DNA of 64,000 bases from an uncultured Actinomycetota bacterium (GTDB taxonomy: Bacteria; Actinomycetota; UBA4738; HRBIN12). Where the stretch lies: contig CAVTTD010000031.1 in the NCBI GenBank assembly GCA_963737525.1, forward strand, positions 4,380 to 68,379, written 5' to 3'. A program made the position numbers and the translations under genes. Every line of letters starts with the position of its first letter. Position 1 is the stretch's first letter. The notes beneath the pieces are model-generated. The model did no database searches and was not told where the DNA came from. It was given only the letters and a program-made list of their open reading frames with translations. This document shows, piece after piece, positions 29,613-38,978 of the stretch.

Positions 29613-30928
29613 CACTTGGCGAACATGACCTGCAGGACGTTGTCCGGCACCAGCGAGGTACCGGAAACGGCCGGAGCGACACGATCGGGATCGCAGTCGT
29701 CGGCCGTCACCTGCCGCATCACATGTGGTACGACCACCTGCGCCGGGATCTCGGCACCCTTGAGCGACATCATCGCCGCGGTTACGCCGACCCGTGATTG
29801 GAAGTTGCCGCCGGCCGAGTACCAGATGTTGTAGGTGGGTTCGTTGCGCTCCGCCCAGTCGCAGAACAGGTCCTGCTCGTCGGTACGCAACGCGACGGTG
29901 AGGTTCTTCACCGGGATGCCCAGGTCCTTGTACGTCTGCAGGCCGATGTACATCCCGTCGGCGTACTCGTACGCCCAGCCCTTGATCCCGGGGTTGGTGG
30001 TCAGCAACCCTTGATACACACCCGGGATGGCCGGAGGGTACCAACTGGTGTCGCCGGTCGTGCTGTTCTCGTCGGCCGGGGGATTGACCAGATCGACCCC
30101 ACTGGCGAGCTCGGAGACGGCGCATCGTTGCCAGCCGAGGGACAAGGCGTTGCCCGGCGTCCCGCCGAGGATCGCGACCTCGCCGGTCCCGACGCCGTCG
30201 TTGAGGATATCGGCGAAGCTATTGCCGAGGGCGCACAGGTCCTCGCCGACGACCGTCAGGTAGTCCTCACCCGGAACGAGGGCACCCTCCTGGTCGGGAA
30301 GACCGACCCACCCTGCCGAGAACGACACGTATGGGATGCCCGCATCGTCGGCTTCCTTGACGGCAGGGGCAAGCGCCACACCCACGTCGGGGTAGCCGAC
30401 GATGAAGTCGACCCCTTTCGAGATCAGGAACCTGATGTCGTTCGCATGGACCGCAGGATCCGGGTTGAAATCGGCATGGGTGGACACGATGGTCCCGATC
30501 TCGGGATAGGTGAGTGCCTGGAGGATGGCCTCCATGTGGCTCACCGCACGCCAGACGTTGACCGTGTCTCCGCCACCGTCGGCGTAGCCCATGACGGTTT
30601 CGCCACCGGTCCCGGTGTCACATTGCTGGCTGCTCCAGCACTCCATCGCCTTGTCGATGGTGGCTTGATCGAGGTCCTGGTCCGCTCGGGCGATGGACGC
30701 CAGGATGATGTTCCAGCTCGCCTCATCCGACGGGTCCACAGGCCCGAGGGCCTTGTCCACCAATGCCGGGTCGGCATCGGTGCTCTCCCCGAAATCCGAG
30801 AGCGCGCCGGTCCCGGTGGCACCGCTCGCGCTCGGCGTGCTGGTCGACGGCGTCTCGTCACCTCCGCTACATGCCGCTCCGATCAAGGCCAGCACGGCGA
30901 TGACGCCGATGATCCTGATCCGTTTCAT
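29612..30928 (-). CDS. ABC substrate-binding lipoprotein (periplasmic-binding-protein type I-like, unusually long and Cys-rich)
   Basis: ATG 30928 is preceded by GGGAGGAGGAAC. It has a signal peptide and lipobox (VLALIGAACSGG) and a Ser/Thr/Gly linker. The roughly 400-aa body contains 8 Cys. Ligand class is not deducible by eye. Confidence 0.7.
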   Translation of the reverse strand: MKRIRIIGVIAVLALIGAACSGGDETPSTSTPSASGATGTGALSDFGESTDADPALVDKALGPVDPSDEASWNIILASIARADQDLDQATIDKAMECWSSQQCDTGTGGETVMGYADGGGDTVNVWRAVSHMEAILQALTYPEIGTIVSTHADFNPDPAVHANDIRFLISKGVDFIVGYPDVGVALAPAVKEADDAGIPYVSFSAGWVGLPDQEGALVPGEDYLTVVGEDLCALGNSFADILNDGVGTGEVAILGGTPGNALSLGWQRCAVSELASGVDLVNPPADENSTTGDTSWYPPAIPGVYQGLLTTNPGIKGWAYEYADGMYIGLQTYKDLGIPVKNLTVALRTDEQDLFCDWAERNEPTYNIWYSAGGNFQSRVGVTAAMMSLKGAEIPAQVVVPHVMRQVTADDCDPDRVAPAVSGTSLVPDNVLQVMFAK

Positions 30929-30975
30929 GTTCCTCCTCCCTGGGTCGATGGCTCGCTTCCCGATCCGTGGGACCG

Positions 30976-32046
30976 TCACATACCCTCCTCCTTCCAGGCA
31001 CGTGGGTCGGCGGAGTCGGCGAGGATCGCGCCCCGCGAGGCATCCCCCCGTCTCCGCTCTCGGAGGAGATGCTCGACGCCCCGGACGATGCGATCGCCCG
31101 AGACCAACATGCCTCCGATGATGACCGCGCCGAACACGACGAACTGGAGGGCCGTGGGCAGGCCCATCGTTCGCAGCATCTGGTTCAGACCGGTAAGGAA
31201 GAGAGCGGCCGCGAACGTGGAGAGCGGACTCGCCAGACCTCCGGTCAAGGATGCGCCCCCGATCACCACCGCCGCGATCGGGCCCAAGAGGTACTGCGTA
31301 CCGACGGCGACCCCAGGGGTGCGGATCAGTCCCGCCAGCGCGACCCCGGCGATGGCATAGGAGATCGCGGCGACCACGTAGACGAGGATCTGGTTCACGG
31401 TCACGCGGACGCCGACGACATGGGAGGCGACCGGGTTCGCACCGACCCCTTGGAACCTGCGACCGATCGCCGTGTAGCGAAGGCCAACGATCAGCAGGAG
31501 GGTGAGCCCGACGCCGATCCAGAAGATGGGGCTGACCCCGAGGACGAAGGTCGAGGTCCACTCGGACAATCCCTTCGGCACGGGACTCTGGACCGGGAAG
31601 GTGCTCCCGTAGCGATTCACCCTGCCGACCACGATCAACCCCACCGCCAGCGTGACGATCAGTCCGTTCAGCTTGAGCCCGCCGATGAGGATGCCGTTGA
31701 CGAGTCCGACGATCGCGGCGGCGGCGACCGCCGTCGCGATCGCCACCCAGATCTGCTCGTCGGATCCGTCCCCCACACCGACCACGATGACCGCCGCCAG
31801 GCTCATCGTCCCGGGGACGCTGAGGTCGATCCCGCCGGTCATGATCACCAACATCTGGCCGAGCGCGGCGATCCCCAGGACCGCCCCGTAGGGAGCGACG
31901 GCGCGCAGCGCGACATGACTGAGCGTCGCCGGGGCCCAGATCGACGCGACGACCACGAGGAGAAGGAGTGCGATGTACACGGGCATGTACCGAGAGCCGA
32001 CGACGAACGAAGTGAGGGCCGAGGATGGCGCCCGCGCGCGGCTCAT
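30976..32046 (-). CDS. ABC transporter permease (RbsC/BPD_transp_2-like) no. 2
   Basis: This is the in-frame ATG 32046 (MSRARAPSS) portion of ORF 30976..32220. It has multiple TM spans, and GGIDLSVPGTMSL and GGASLTGG blocks parallel permease no. 1. An ATGA overlap joins it to the upstream amidohydrolase. Confidence 0.85.
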   Translation of the reverse strand: MSRARAPSSALTSFVVGSRYMPVYIALLLLVVVASIWAPATLSHVALRAVAPYGAVLGIAALGQMLVIMTGGIDLSVPGTMSLAAVIVVGVGDGSDEQIWVAIATAVAAAAIVGLVNGILIGGLKLNGLIVTLAVGLIVVGRVNRYGSTFPVQSPVPKGLSEWTSTFVLGVSPIFWIGVGLTLLLIVGLRYTAIGRRFQGVGANPVASHVVGVRVTVNQILVYVVAAISYAIAGVALAGLIRTPGVAVGTQYLLGPIAAVVIGGASLTGGLASPLSTFAAALFLTGLNQMLRTMGLPTALQFVVFGAVIIGGMLVSGDRIVRGVEHLLRERRRGDASRGAILADSADPRAWKEEGM

Positions 32047-33381
32047 GCGCCCCCCGATGACAGCGCGCCCCGAGCCGCGCCGGATGACGCGGTCATCCGG
32101 CTTTGAGCGACACTCGCGAGGTTCCGGGCGCGGGCGACGTCCGCATCGAGGACGCCGCTCCGCATCACCGCGCGTCCCGAGACGATGACGTGATCGACGT
32201 TCGACGTGTCCATGCCCCACACCACCGCGCCGATCGGGTCGTTGATCGGGAAGATGTTCGGACGGTCGGTCCGCAGCATGACGATGTCGGCCTGCTTACC
32301 GGGCTCGAGCGATCCGGTCACTGTGCCCAGCCCGGCCGCGCGGGCGCCGTCGACGGTGGCGTGACGGATCACATCGCGCGTGGTCATCAGGCGCGGCACC
32401 CCCGCCTTCCCGGCGAGCTTGCGATCGAAGACGGTGGCGTGCTGCATCGAGATCGTGGCGCGCATCTGCGCGAACAGGTCTCCCGGCGTCAGCTGCTCTT
32501 CCTCGATCCCGAGGCCCGGGCGGATATCGCGGTCGATCAAGGACTGGATCGGCGGCGTTCCGACGAGGCCGGCCATCGCGCCCAACGGCGCGAGCGACAC
32601 CGACGCTCCGGACGAGGCGATCGCCTCCACGTCCTCGTTGTCGAGCGAGGAGCAATGCACCAGCACGACGTCCTTCCCGAGGAGGCTGCGCCGCGCGAGT
32701 TCGGCGATCGCCCCCGACCCGGAGGTTTCCGGATCGACGTGTGCGTGGATCCGCAACCCAAGCTCTCGGGCCACGGTCCAGTCGAGCTCGACACGTTCGA
32801 GGTCGTTCGCGCCGGAGATCTCCGATCCGAAGGCGATGGTCGTGAGAGGCCCGGCAGCGTCGGTCAGGCGTCCGACGAACTGCCGGATCGCGGCCGCGTC
32901 CAATCCCTGATCGTCGGTATTGGCGCGCGGAGCATGGACGAATACCGTTCGCAGCCTGGTGTCGGAGTGGGCCTGGAGTGCTGCCTCCGCGAGGCCATCG
33001 TCGAGTCGGAGGTTCGACCAGTCGACGACGGTGGTGATCCCGGCCTCGATCGCGCCAAGCAGACCGATCAGCGTCGCCGCATAGACGTCCTCGGGCTGGA
33101 AGAGGTCACCGGAGGCCGACCCCATCCGGCTTCCGCCGCCCCAAGCGCCCTCGCCGAGGTTCCGGAAGAGCGATCTCCAGGCATGCCGATGGGTGTCGAC
33201 GAAGCCCGGCATGACGATGGTGTCGGTCGCGTCCACCAGCTCGGCGTCTCGAGCGCGGAGCCCCGGGCCGACCTCGGCAACCACGCCGTCGTCGATGAGA
33301 ACGTCCGCTTGGGAGAAGTTGGAGGTCTTCTCCCCGAGGGTCAGGACACAGCCGCCGCTGAGCAGGATCTTCGGGGGTCAC
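32043..33381 (-). CDS. Metal-dependent amidohydrolase no. 2, frameshift in the first codons
   Basis: ORF 32043..33284 carries PGFVDTHRHAWRS and GSLEPGKQADIV. The open frame continues upstream as KILLSGGCVLTLGEKTSNFSQADVLIDDG but contains no start codon. GTG 33379-33381 comes into frame (MTPKILLSGG) if the GGGGG run at 33373-33377 is shortened by one. Confidence 0.8.
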
Positions 33382-33535
33382 GTCCGATCCTGGCTCCCGC
33401 TCACTGCCACTGTTGGGTAGCTGCCCCTCACCGTTCAGGGACACTACATATCTGCAGGCGGCTTGGCTAGGCAGAGTCGACGGGGCGCCAACGGCAGAGT
33501 CGGGATGAGCTCGGGCAGCTCAGGCGGCACTCGAT

Positions 33536-33574
33536 CAGTGAGACTGCACACCACGACATGGAGTAGTCTCACTG
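33536..33574. promoter_or_regulatory. Perfect 10-bp inverted repeat (candidate operator) in the divergent intergenic region
   Basis: CAGTGAGACT (33536-33545) and AGTCTCACTG (33565-33574) are separated by 19 nt. The repeat lies 32 nt upstream of the XRE-cupin gene and about 155 nt upstream of the operon start. The window's most AT-rich stretch (cactacatatctgc, about 33444-33457) lies nearby. Confidence 0.4.
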
Positions 33575-33605
33575 GACGCCATCTGTTGACGACGGATCCA
33601 TCGAG

Positions 33606-34223
33606 GTGTGTGTGGCCGGCGAGCTCGAAGACATCGGGACCAGGCTCCGTGAGAAGCGAGACAGCGTGGGCATCAGCCAGCGCGAGCTGGCTCGCCGGAT
33701 CGGCCTCTCCGCGAGCATGATCTCCCAGATCGAGTCGGGCCAATCCAAGCCGTCCGTGAGCACGCTCTACGACATCGTCACCGAGCTGGGCGTTTCGGTC
33801 GACGACATCTTCGGCGGTGGCAACGGATCCATCGCGGAACCCGGAGACGAGGAGGGAGCCGAGTCCGGCGGAGACACCCATCACGGCCCGATGGTGCGGC
33901 TCGAGGATCGACACGTCATCGACCTCGATTCCGGCGTCCGGTGGGAGCGATTGACCAGCCATCAGCACGAGCACGTGGACTTCCTCCACGTCGTCTACGA
34001 CGTGGGCGGGTCATCGGCCTCGGATACGAAGCTGATGCGGCACCCAGGGCGGGAGTACGGCGTGGTATTGGAGGGCCGGCTCGGCGTCCAGCTGGGCTTC
34101 GACGAGTACGCGCTCGGGCCCGGAGACTCGGTCGCGTTCGACTCGACACGACCCCATCGACTCTGGAACCTCGGCGACGTCCCCGTGAAGGGGATCTGGT
34201 TCGTCGTCGGCCGCGAAGGCTGA
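33606..34223 (+). CDS. XRE-family HTH transcriptional regulator with C-terminal cupin sensor domain (PuuR-like architecture)
   Basis: 205 aa. The HTH region is IGTRLREKRDSVGISQRELARRIGLSASMISQIESGQSKPSVSTL. The cupin domain is GREYGVVLEGRLGVQLG...GDSVAFDSTRPHRLWN. Confidence 0.85.
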   Translation: MCVAGELEDIGTRLREKRDSVGISQRELARRIGLSASMISQIESGQSKPSVSTLYDIVTELGVSVDDIFGGGNGSIAEPGDEEGAESGGDTHHGPMVRLEDRHVIDLDSGVRWERLTSHQHEHVDFLHVVYDVGGSSASDTKLMRHPGREYGVVLEGRLGVQLGFDEYALGPGDSVAFDSTRPHRLWNLGDVPVKGIWFVVGREG

Positions 34224-34280
34224 CGAGGCAGTCCGGACGGGAGATCAGCAGATCTTGCATCGGTAGTAGCCTTCGCAGCC

Positions 34281-35807
34281 GTGACGGTCGCGGTCGGGGA
34301 GACGCTCACGCTGGCGGACGTGGCCGCGGTCGCGGCGGGAGCCGATGTCTCGTTCGCGGCGGATGCCCGCGCGAGGGTGACCGCCGCCCGTCGCGTCGTC
34401 GAGGACGCCGTCGCCTCGGGCGAGGTCGTATACGGGGTCACGACCGGGTTCGGAGCGCTCGCCAACGTGCGCGTCGATCCGGCGCAGGCGTCGCACCTCC
34501 AGCACGGGATCGTGCGGTCGCACGCGACCGCGGTGGGGCGTCCGCTCTCGCGCTCCGAGGCTCGCGCGATGCTGCTTCTTCGCGCGCACGTCCTGGCATT
34601 GGGGCACTCCGGCGTTCGCCCCGAGCTCGTGGACCTCATGGTGGAGATGCTGAACGCCGACGTGATCCCCTCGGTGCCGGAGCAGGGATCGCTCGGCGCG
34701 TCCGGAGACCTGGCGCCACTGGCCAATCTCGCGCTGCCGATGATCGGCGCGGGCGAGGTGCTGACGGATCTCGCCACCGAGCCCGCGGCGGGAGCGATGC
34801 AGCGCGCAGGCATCACACCGCTCACGCTGGAAGCGAAAGAGGGCCTCGCGCTCGTCAACGGGACCCAGGGGATGTTGGCGATCGGGGCGCTCGCGGCCGA
34901 CCGGCTCGCGACGCTGCTTCGCACCGCCGACGTCGTCGCGGCGATGACGATCGAGGCCGCCCTGGGGACGGACGCGCCGTTCGACGATCGGCTGCAGCGT
35001 CTGCGGCCGCATCCCGGTCAGGCCGCGAGCGCGTCGAACCTACGGCGCCTCCTGGACGCATCGCCGATCCTCGCCTCCCATCGTGACAGTGAGCATCTCG
35101 TGCAGGACGCGTACTCGCTCCGCTGCGCGCCGCAGGTCCACGGCGCCACACGAGACGCCCTCGGATCCGCGCGCGGCGTCCTCGAGATCGAGCTGAACGC
35201 GGTCTCGGACAACCCGATCGTGCTCCCGGACGACGGCGACATCGTGTCGGGAGGCAACTTCCACGGCCAGCCCGTCGCGGTCGCGATGGACTCGATCGCG
35301 ACGGCGACGGTCGGGACGGCGAGTATCAGCGAACGCCGCCTGTATCGGTTGCTCGACCCGGCGCTTTCGAACGGGCTTCCCCCGTTCCTCGTCCCCGAGA
35401 GCGGCCTCAACAGCGGCTTCATGCTCGTCCAGTACACGGCGGCGTCGCTCGTCTCGGAGTCCAAGTCGCTCGCGCATCCGGCCTCGGTCGATTCGATCCC
35501 GTCCTCAGCGGGTCAGGAGGATCACGTATCGATGGGCATGACGGCCTCGCGTCATGCGCGAGATGTCGTCGCGAACGCCGAGGTCGTGGTCGCACTCGAA
35601 GCGCTCGGCGCTGCGCAGGCGCTCGATCTCAGGTCGCCGCTCGAGCCCGGCCCCGCGACCGCTGCGGCGAAGCGAGCACTCCGGGGAGCCGTGCCGTTCT
35701 TCGAGGCGGATCGTGAGTTCGGTCCCGACATCGCTGCAGCGGTCGACCTGGTTCGATCCGGCCGGCTGGTCTCGGCGGCCGAAGAGGTGATCGGTTCGCT
35801 CGACTGA
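34281..35807 (+). CDS. hutH: Histidine ammonia-lyase
   Basis: 508 aa. It carries the MIO-forming GSLGASGDLAPLA, plus YGVTTGFG, NGTQ and QEDHVSMG. Confidence 0.95.
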   Translation: MTVAVGETLTLADVAAVAAGADVSFAADARARVTAARRVVEDAVASGEVVYGVTTGFGALANVRVDPAQASHLQHGIVRSHATAVGRPLSRSEARAMLLLRAHVLALGHSGVRPELVDLMVEMLNADVIPSVPEQGSLGASGDLAPLANLALPMIGAGEVLTDLATEPAAGAMQRAGITPLTLEAKEGLALVNGTQGMLAIGALAADRLATLLRTADVVAAMTIEAALGTDAPFDDRLQRLRPHPGQAASASNLRRLLDASPILASHRDSEHLVQDAYSLRCAPQVHGATRDALGSARGVLEIELNAVSDNPIVLPDDGDIVSGGNFHGQPVAVAMDSIATATVGTASISERRLYRLLDPALSNGLPPFLVPESGLNSGFMLVQYTAASLVSESKSLAHPASVDSIPSSAGQEDHVSMGMTASRHARDVVANAEVVVALEALGAAQALDLRSPLEPGPATAAAKRALRGAVPFFEADREFGPDIAAAVDLVRSGRLVSAAEEVIGSLD

Positions 35808-35811
35808 GTCC

Positions 35812-37032
35812 TCAGGCGAGCGGTTGGCCGCCGATCACCGTGGCGACCACGGGGTCGTGCCCCGGTCGATACGGCACGTGGGCGAACGAGGGTCCGTCCA
35901 GAAGGAGGAGGTCGGCGCGCTTCCCCGGCTCGAGCGTGCCGGCCCGGTCGTCGATGCCCAGCACCCATGCCGGGTTCGCCGTGGCCGCCGTGAGCGACTC
36001 GAGCGGCGTCATCCCGTAGAGCGAGCAGGCCATGGCGATCGTCTCGGGCATCGAGCACACCGGAGACGTCCCGGGGTTCAGGTCGGTCGCGATCGCGAGG
36101 GCGGCGCCGGCGTCGCGGAGCGCAGCGACGGGCGCCGGCGCCGCCCGGAGCGTGAACGTGGAGGAGGGGAGCAGGACGGCCACCGTTCGCCCCTCGCCGA
36201 GTGCCGCCACACCTGCATCGCTCAGGTGGTTCAGATGGTCCGCGCTCCGCGCACCGAGCGCGGCGGCGGCCTCGGCGGCCCCGCTGGGCCCGAGCTGGTC
36301 CGCATGCACCCGAAGCGGCAGTCCGGCGGCCGAGGCCGCCGCTCCGACCCGCTCGAGGTCGTCCAAGGAGAACGCGATGTCTTCGACGTAGATGTCGACG
36401 GCGTCGGCGAGTCCTTCTGCGGCCGCGGCGGGGATGAGTTCGTCACAGGCGACCGCGACCCACTCCTCTCGCGCCGAACCGTCGGGGACCGCGTGGCACG
36501 CGAGCAGGGTCACCGTGCACGTTTGGGGCACCGCCTCGGCGAGCCGGCGCGCGAGCCGCAGCTGCCGGAGCTCGCCCTCGACGGAGAGGCCGTATCCGCT
36601 CTTCAGCTCCATCGCGGTCGTTCCGTGCTCCGCCATCTCGACGGCGAGGGCCTCCGAGAACGCGAGCACCTCTTCATCAGTGGCTTCGGTGAGCATCCTG
36701 GCCGAGCGGAAGATCCCGCCCTCCTTGCCGTGGAGGTCCCGATACGAGACGCCGGCGAGGCGGGCCTCGAACTCGTCCGCACGCCACCCGATGAACGGGA
36801 GGTGGACGTGACAGTCGACGAATCCGGGAACGATCGTGCCTTCGTCGACGCTCCCGAGCGAGACCGGCTCCCACGGGAGGTCCCCCGCAGGTCCTACGAA
36901 GACGATCGTGCCGTCGTCGTCCCAGGCGACCCCGCCGGGCGAGATCACCGCGGCGGTGGCGGCGACGCCTCTCGCCGGGAGCGGCCCTCGAGCCGTCGCG
37001 AGCGTCGCCGCCACCGCCGCTCCCCGCGCCAT
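35812..37032 (-). CDS. hutI: Imidazolonepropionase
   Basis: 406 aa. Motifs are GFVDCHVHLPF, ELKSGYGL, VHADQL, DHL and ATDLNPGTSP. Confidence 0.9.
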   Translation of the reverse strand: MARGAAVAATLATARGPLPARGVAATAAVISPGGVAWDDDGTIVFVGPAGDLPWEPVSLGSVDEGTIVPGFVDCHVHLPFIGWRADEFEARLAGVSYRDLHGKEGGIFRSARMLTEATDEEVLAFSEALAVEMAEHGTTAMELKSGYGLSVEGELRQLRLARRLAEAVPQTCTVTLLACHAVPDGSAREEWVAVACDELIPAAAAEGLADAVDIYVEDIAFSLDDLERVGAAASAAGLPLRVHADQLGPSGAAEAAAALGARSADHLNHLSDAGVAALGEGRTVAVLLPSSTFTLRAAPAPVAALRDAGAALAIATDLNPGTSPVCSMPETIAMACSLYGMTPLESLTAATANPAWVLGIDDRAGTLEPGKRADLLLLDGPSFAHVPYRPGHDPVVATVIGGQPLA

Positions 37033-37081
37033 GACCGAAGCCTAGCGGTGGTGCCTCGCTCGACGCCGTGCCCCGGTCCCG

Positions 37082-37405
37082 TCAGGTGGACGGGGGCGGC
37101 GCGACCACGATCAGCGCCACGGCGGGTTCCTCGGACGCGTTGCGGATCGTGAGCTCTTGACCGGCGGGGACCTCGACCGCCTCCCACTGCTTCATGCGCG
37201 CTCGACCCTTCCCGACCTGTGCGGCGATCTCGCCGGCGAGCACCACCAGGATGCCGTCGGACTCGTCGTCGCGGATCGGACCGAGCCCCTGCGCTTCCTG
37301 GAGACAGACGATCTCCGACCACAGGCGCTCGCCCTCGACCAGCGTCTGCCGCCTCGGCTCGTCGTCGGAGAAATGGACCAGGTCCCGGATGTCGAGCGTC
37401 TTCAC
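37082..37405 (-). CDS. Small cupin-domain protein
   Basis: 107 aa. The single cupin barrel pattern is DGILVVLAGEI...VEVPAGQELTIRN. Confidence 0.65.
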   Translation of the reverse strand: MKTLDIRDLVHFSDDEPRRQTLVEGERLWSEIVCLQEAQGLGPIRDDESDGILVVLAGEIAAQVGKGRARMKQWEAVEVPAGQELTIRNASEEPAVALIVVAPPPST

Positions 37406-37508
37406 GGACGAAAGGGTACCGGTGTCTTCGGATGCATCGGATGGCTACACTGCCGCCTCTGTTGTTGCCCCGAAGGTGCCAGCGAAGACGTCAAGGAGGC
37501 TGTCCACT

Positions 37509-38978
37509 GTGACCACGTTCTCGTTCTCGATGGACGCCCCCGCGTCCGTGAAGGCGGGCGTTCTGATCCTGCCGGTCTTCCAGGGGCCCGCGTTCGGCCC
37601 CGGGGTCAAGGAGCTGCGACTGGAGCAGGCGTACCGCGATGCCAAGCTCACGGGCAAGAAGGGCGAGTCGCTCCTCGTCACCAAGCGCAACGGGGACCGG
37701 TTCGCCGCGAACGCCGTCCTCCTGCTGGGCGTCGGGGAGCGGAAGGAGTTCGACGTTCCCGCGATGCGGAAGGCCCTCGGACGCGTCGCCGCATCGGTCG
37801 GGCGGTTCGGCCACGCGGCGACCACGTTCCCGCAGGCGGTGAAGGGCGATGTCGCAGAGGTGGCGCAGGCCGCCGCGGAGGGTCTCGGCCTCGGCGGCTA
37901 CCGCTTCGTCCGCTACAAGACCAAGAAGGATCACACCCCGTTGTCGAAGGTCACGATCGTCGGGAACGCCAAGGGCGACGCGAAAGCGGCACGCAAGGCG
38001 GTCCGTCAGGCCGAGGTCGTGGTGGATGCGGTGGCCTGGGCCCGCGACCTCGTCAACACGCCGGCGGGCGACCTCCCCCCGGCGCAGCTCGCTCGGGAGG
38101 CCCAGGCGATGGCGAAGGCCGAGGGGCTCACGTGCAAGGTCTGGACGGAGGCCGAGCTCAAGAAGCGCGGGTTCGGAGGCATCCTCGGCGTGGGCCAGGG
38201 GAGCGTCAATCCGCCGAGGCTGATCGAGCTGACGTACAAGGGAGCCGGCGGCTCGGCCCCGATCGCCTTGACCGGGAAGGGCGTCTCGTTCGACTCGGGC
38301 GGTCTGTCGATCAAGGACGCGAAGGGCATGGAGACGATGAAGATCGACATGGGCGGAGCCGCGTCGATCCTCGCCACCATGAAGGCGATCGCTCGGTTGA
38401 AGCCGAAGATCAACGTGATCGCGGCGATCCCCTCGGCCGAGAACATGCCCGGAGGCGCGGCCCAGAAGCCCGGTGACGTGATCACGCACTACGGCGGGAA
38501 GACGTCCGAGGTGTTGAACACCGATGCGGAGGGTCGGTTGATCCTCGCCGACGCCCTCGCCCTGCTCGCGGAGAAGAAGCCGACGTGCATCGTGGACACC
38601 GCGACCCTCACGGGCGCCTGCATGATCGCGCTCGGAACGGACATCACGGGCGCGATGGGCAACGACGACGCCCTCGTCGAGGAGATCGTCGGGGCCGGCC
38701 GCGCGACGGGGGATTGGATCTGGCCGCTGCCGCTGCACAAGGACTATCGGCGCTTGATCGATTCGAACGTCGCCGACATCAAGAACATCGGCGATCGCTG
38801 GGGAGGCGCGATCACCGCGGCCTGGTTCCTGGCGGAGTTCGTCGGAGACGTGCCGTGGGTCCATCTGGACATCGCCGGCCCGGCCTTCTCCGAGAAGGGA
38901 AACGACCTGGGACCGAAGGGCGCCACCGGCGTCCCCGTGCGAGCCCTCGTGCGCTTCGTCCTCGATCGAGCGGCGTGA
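37509..38978 (+). CDS. pepA: Leucyl aminopeptidase (M17)
   Basis: GTG 37509 lies in ORF 37194..38978, 9 nt after AAGGAGG. Motifs are VNTPAGDL, TGKGVSFDSGGLSIK, MKIDMGGAA and the signature NTDAEGRLILADAL. Confidence 0.9.
   Translation: MTTFSFSMDAPASVKAGVLILPVFQGPAFGPGVKELRLEQAYRDAKLTGKKGESLLVTKRNGDRFAANAVLLLGVGERKEFDVPAMRKALGRVAASVGRFGHAATTFPQAVKGDVAEVAQAAAEGLGLGGYRFVRYKTKKDHTPLSKVTIVGNAKGDAKAARKAVRQAEVVVDAVAWARDLVNTPAGDLPPAQLAREAQAMAKAEGLTCKVWTEAELKKRGFGGILGVGQGSVNPPRLIELTYKGAGGSAPIALTGKGVSFDSGGLSIKDAKGMETMKIDMGGAASILATMKAIARLKPKINVIAAIPSAENMPGGAAQKPGDVITHYGGKTSEVLNTDAEGRLILADALALLAEKKPTCIVDTATLTGACMIALGTDITGAMGNDDALVEEIVGAGRATGDWIWPLPLHKDYRRLIDSNVADIKNIGDRWGGAITAAWFLAEFVGDVPWVHLDIAGPAFSEKGNDLGPKGATGVPVRALVRFVLDRAA

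Noticed and set aside
25550-33470. Many long alternative-frame or antisense ORFs across the ABC/amidohydrolase region. They include 25550..27949, 25906..27081, 27400..28275, 28404..29834, 29798..31360, 30967..32106 and 32103..33470. The N-terminal extensions of ORFs 28017..30125 and 29612..31561 belong here too.
   Set aside because: All are Arg/Gly/Asp/Pro-rich with no family motifs. They overlap genes that have clear Walker, TM, lipobox or HxH signatures. The extensions run into the upstream genes, whereas internal ATGs with RBS or ATGA coupling give canonical protein lengths.
33995-38864. Antisense ORFs opposite hutH, hutI and pepA (33941..35086, 33995..34924, 34245..35012, 35824..37152, 37157..38476, 37491..38864).
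   Set aside because: These are shadow ORFs of a 70% GC sequence, and the sense genes carry diagnostic motifs (ASG/MIO, HxH, NTDAEGRL).
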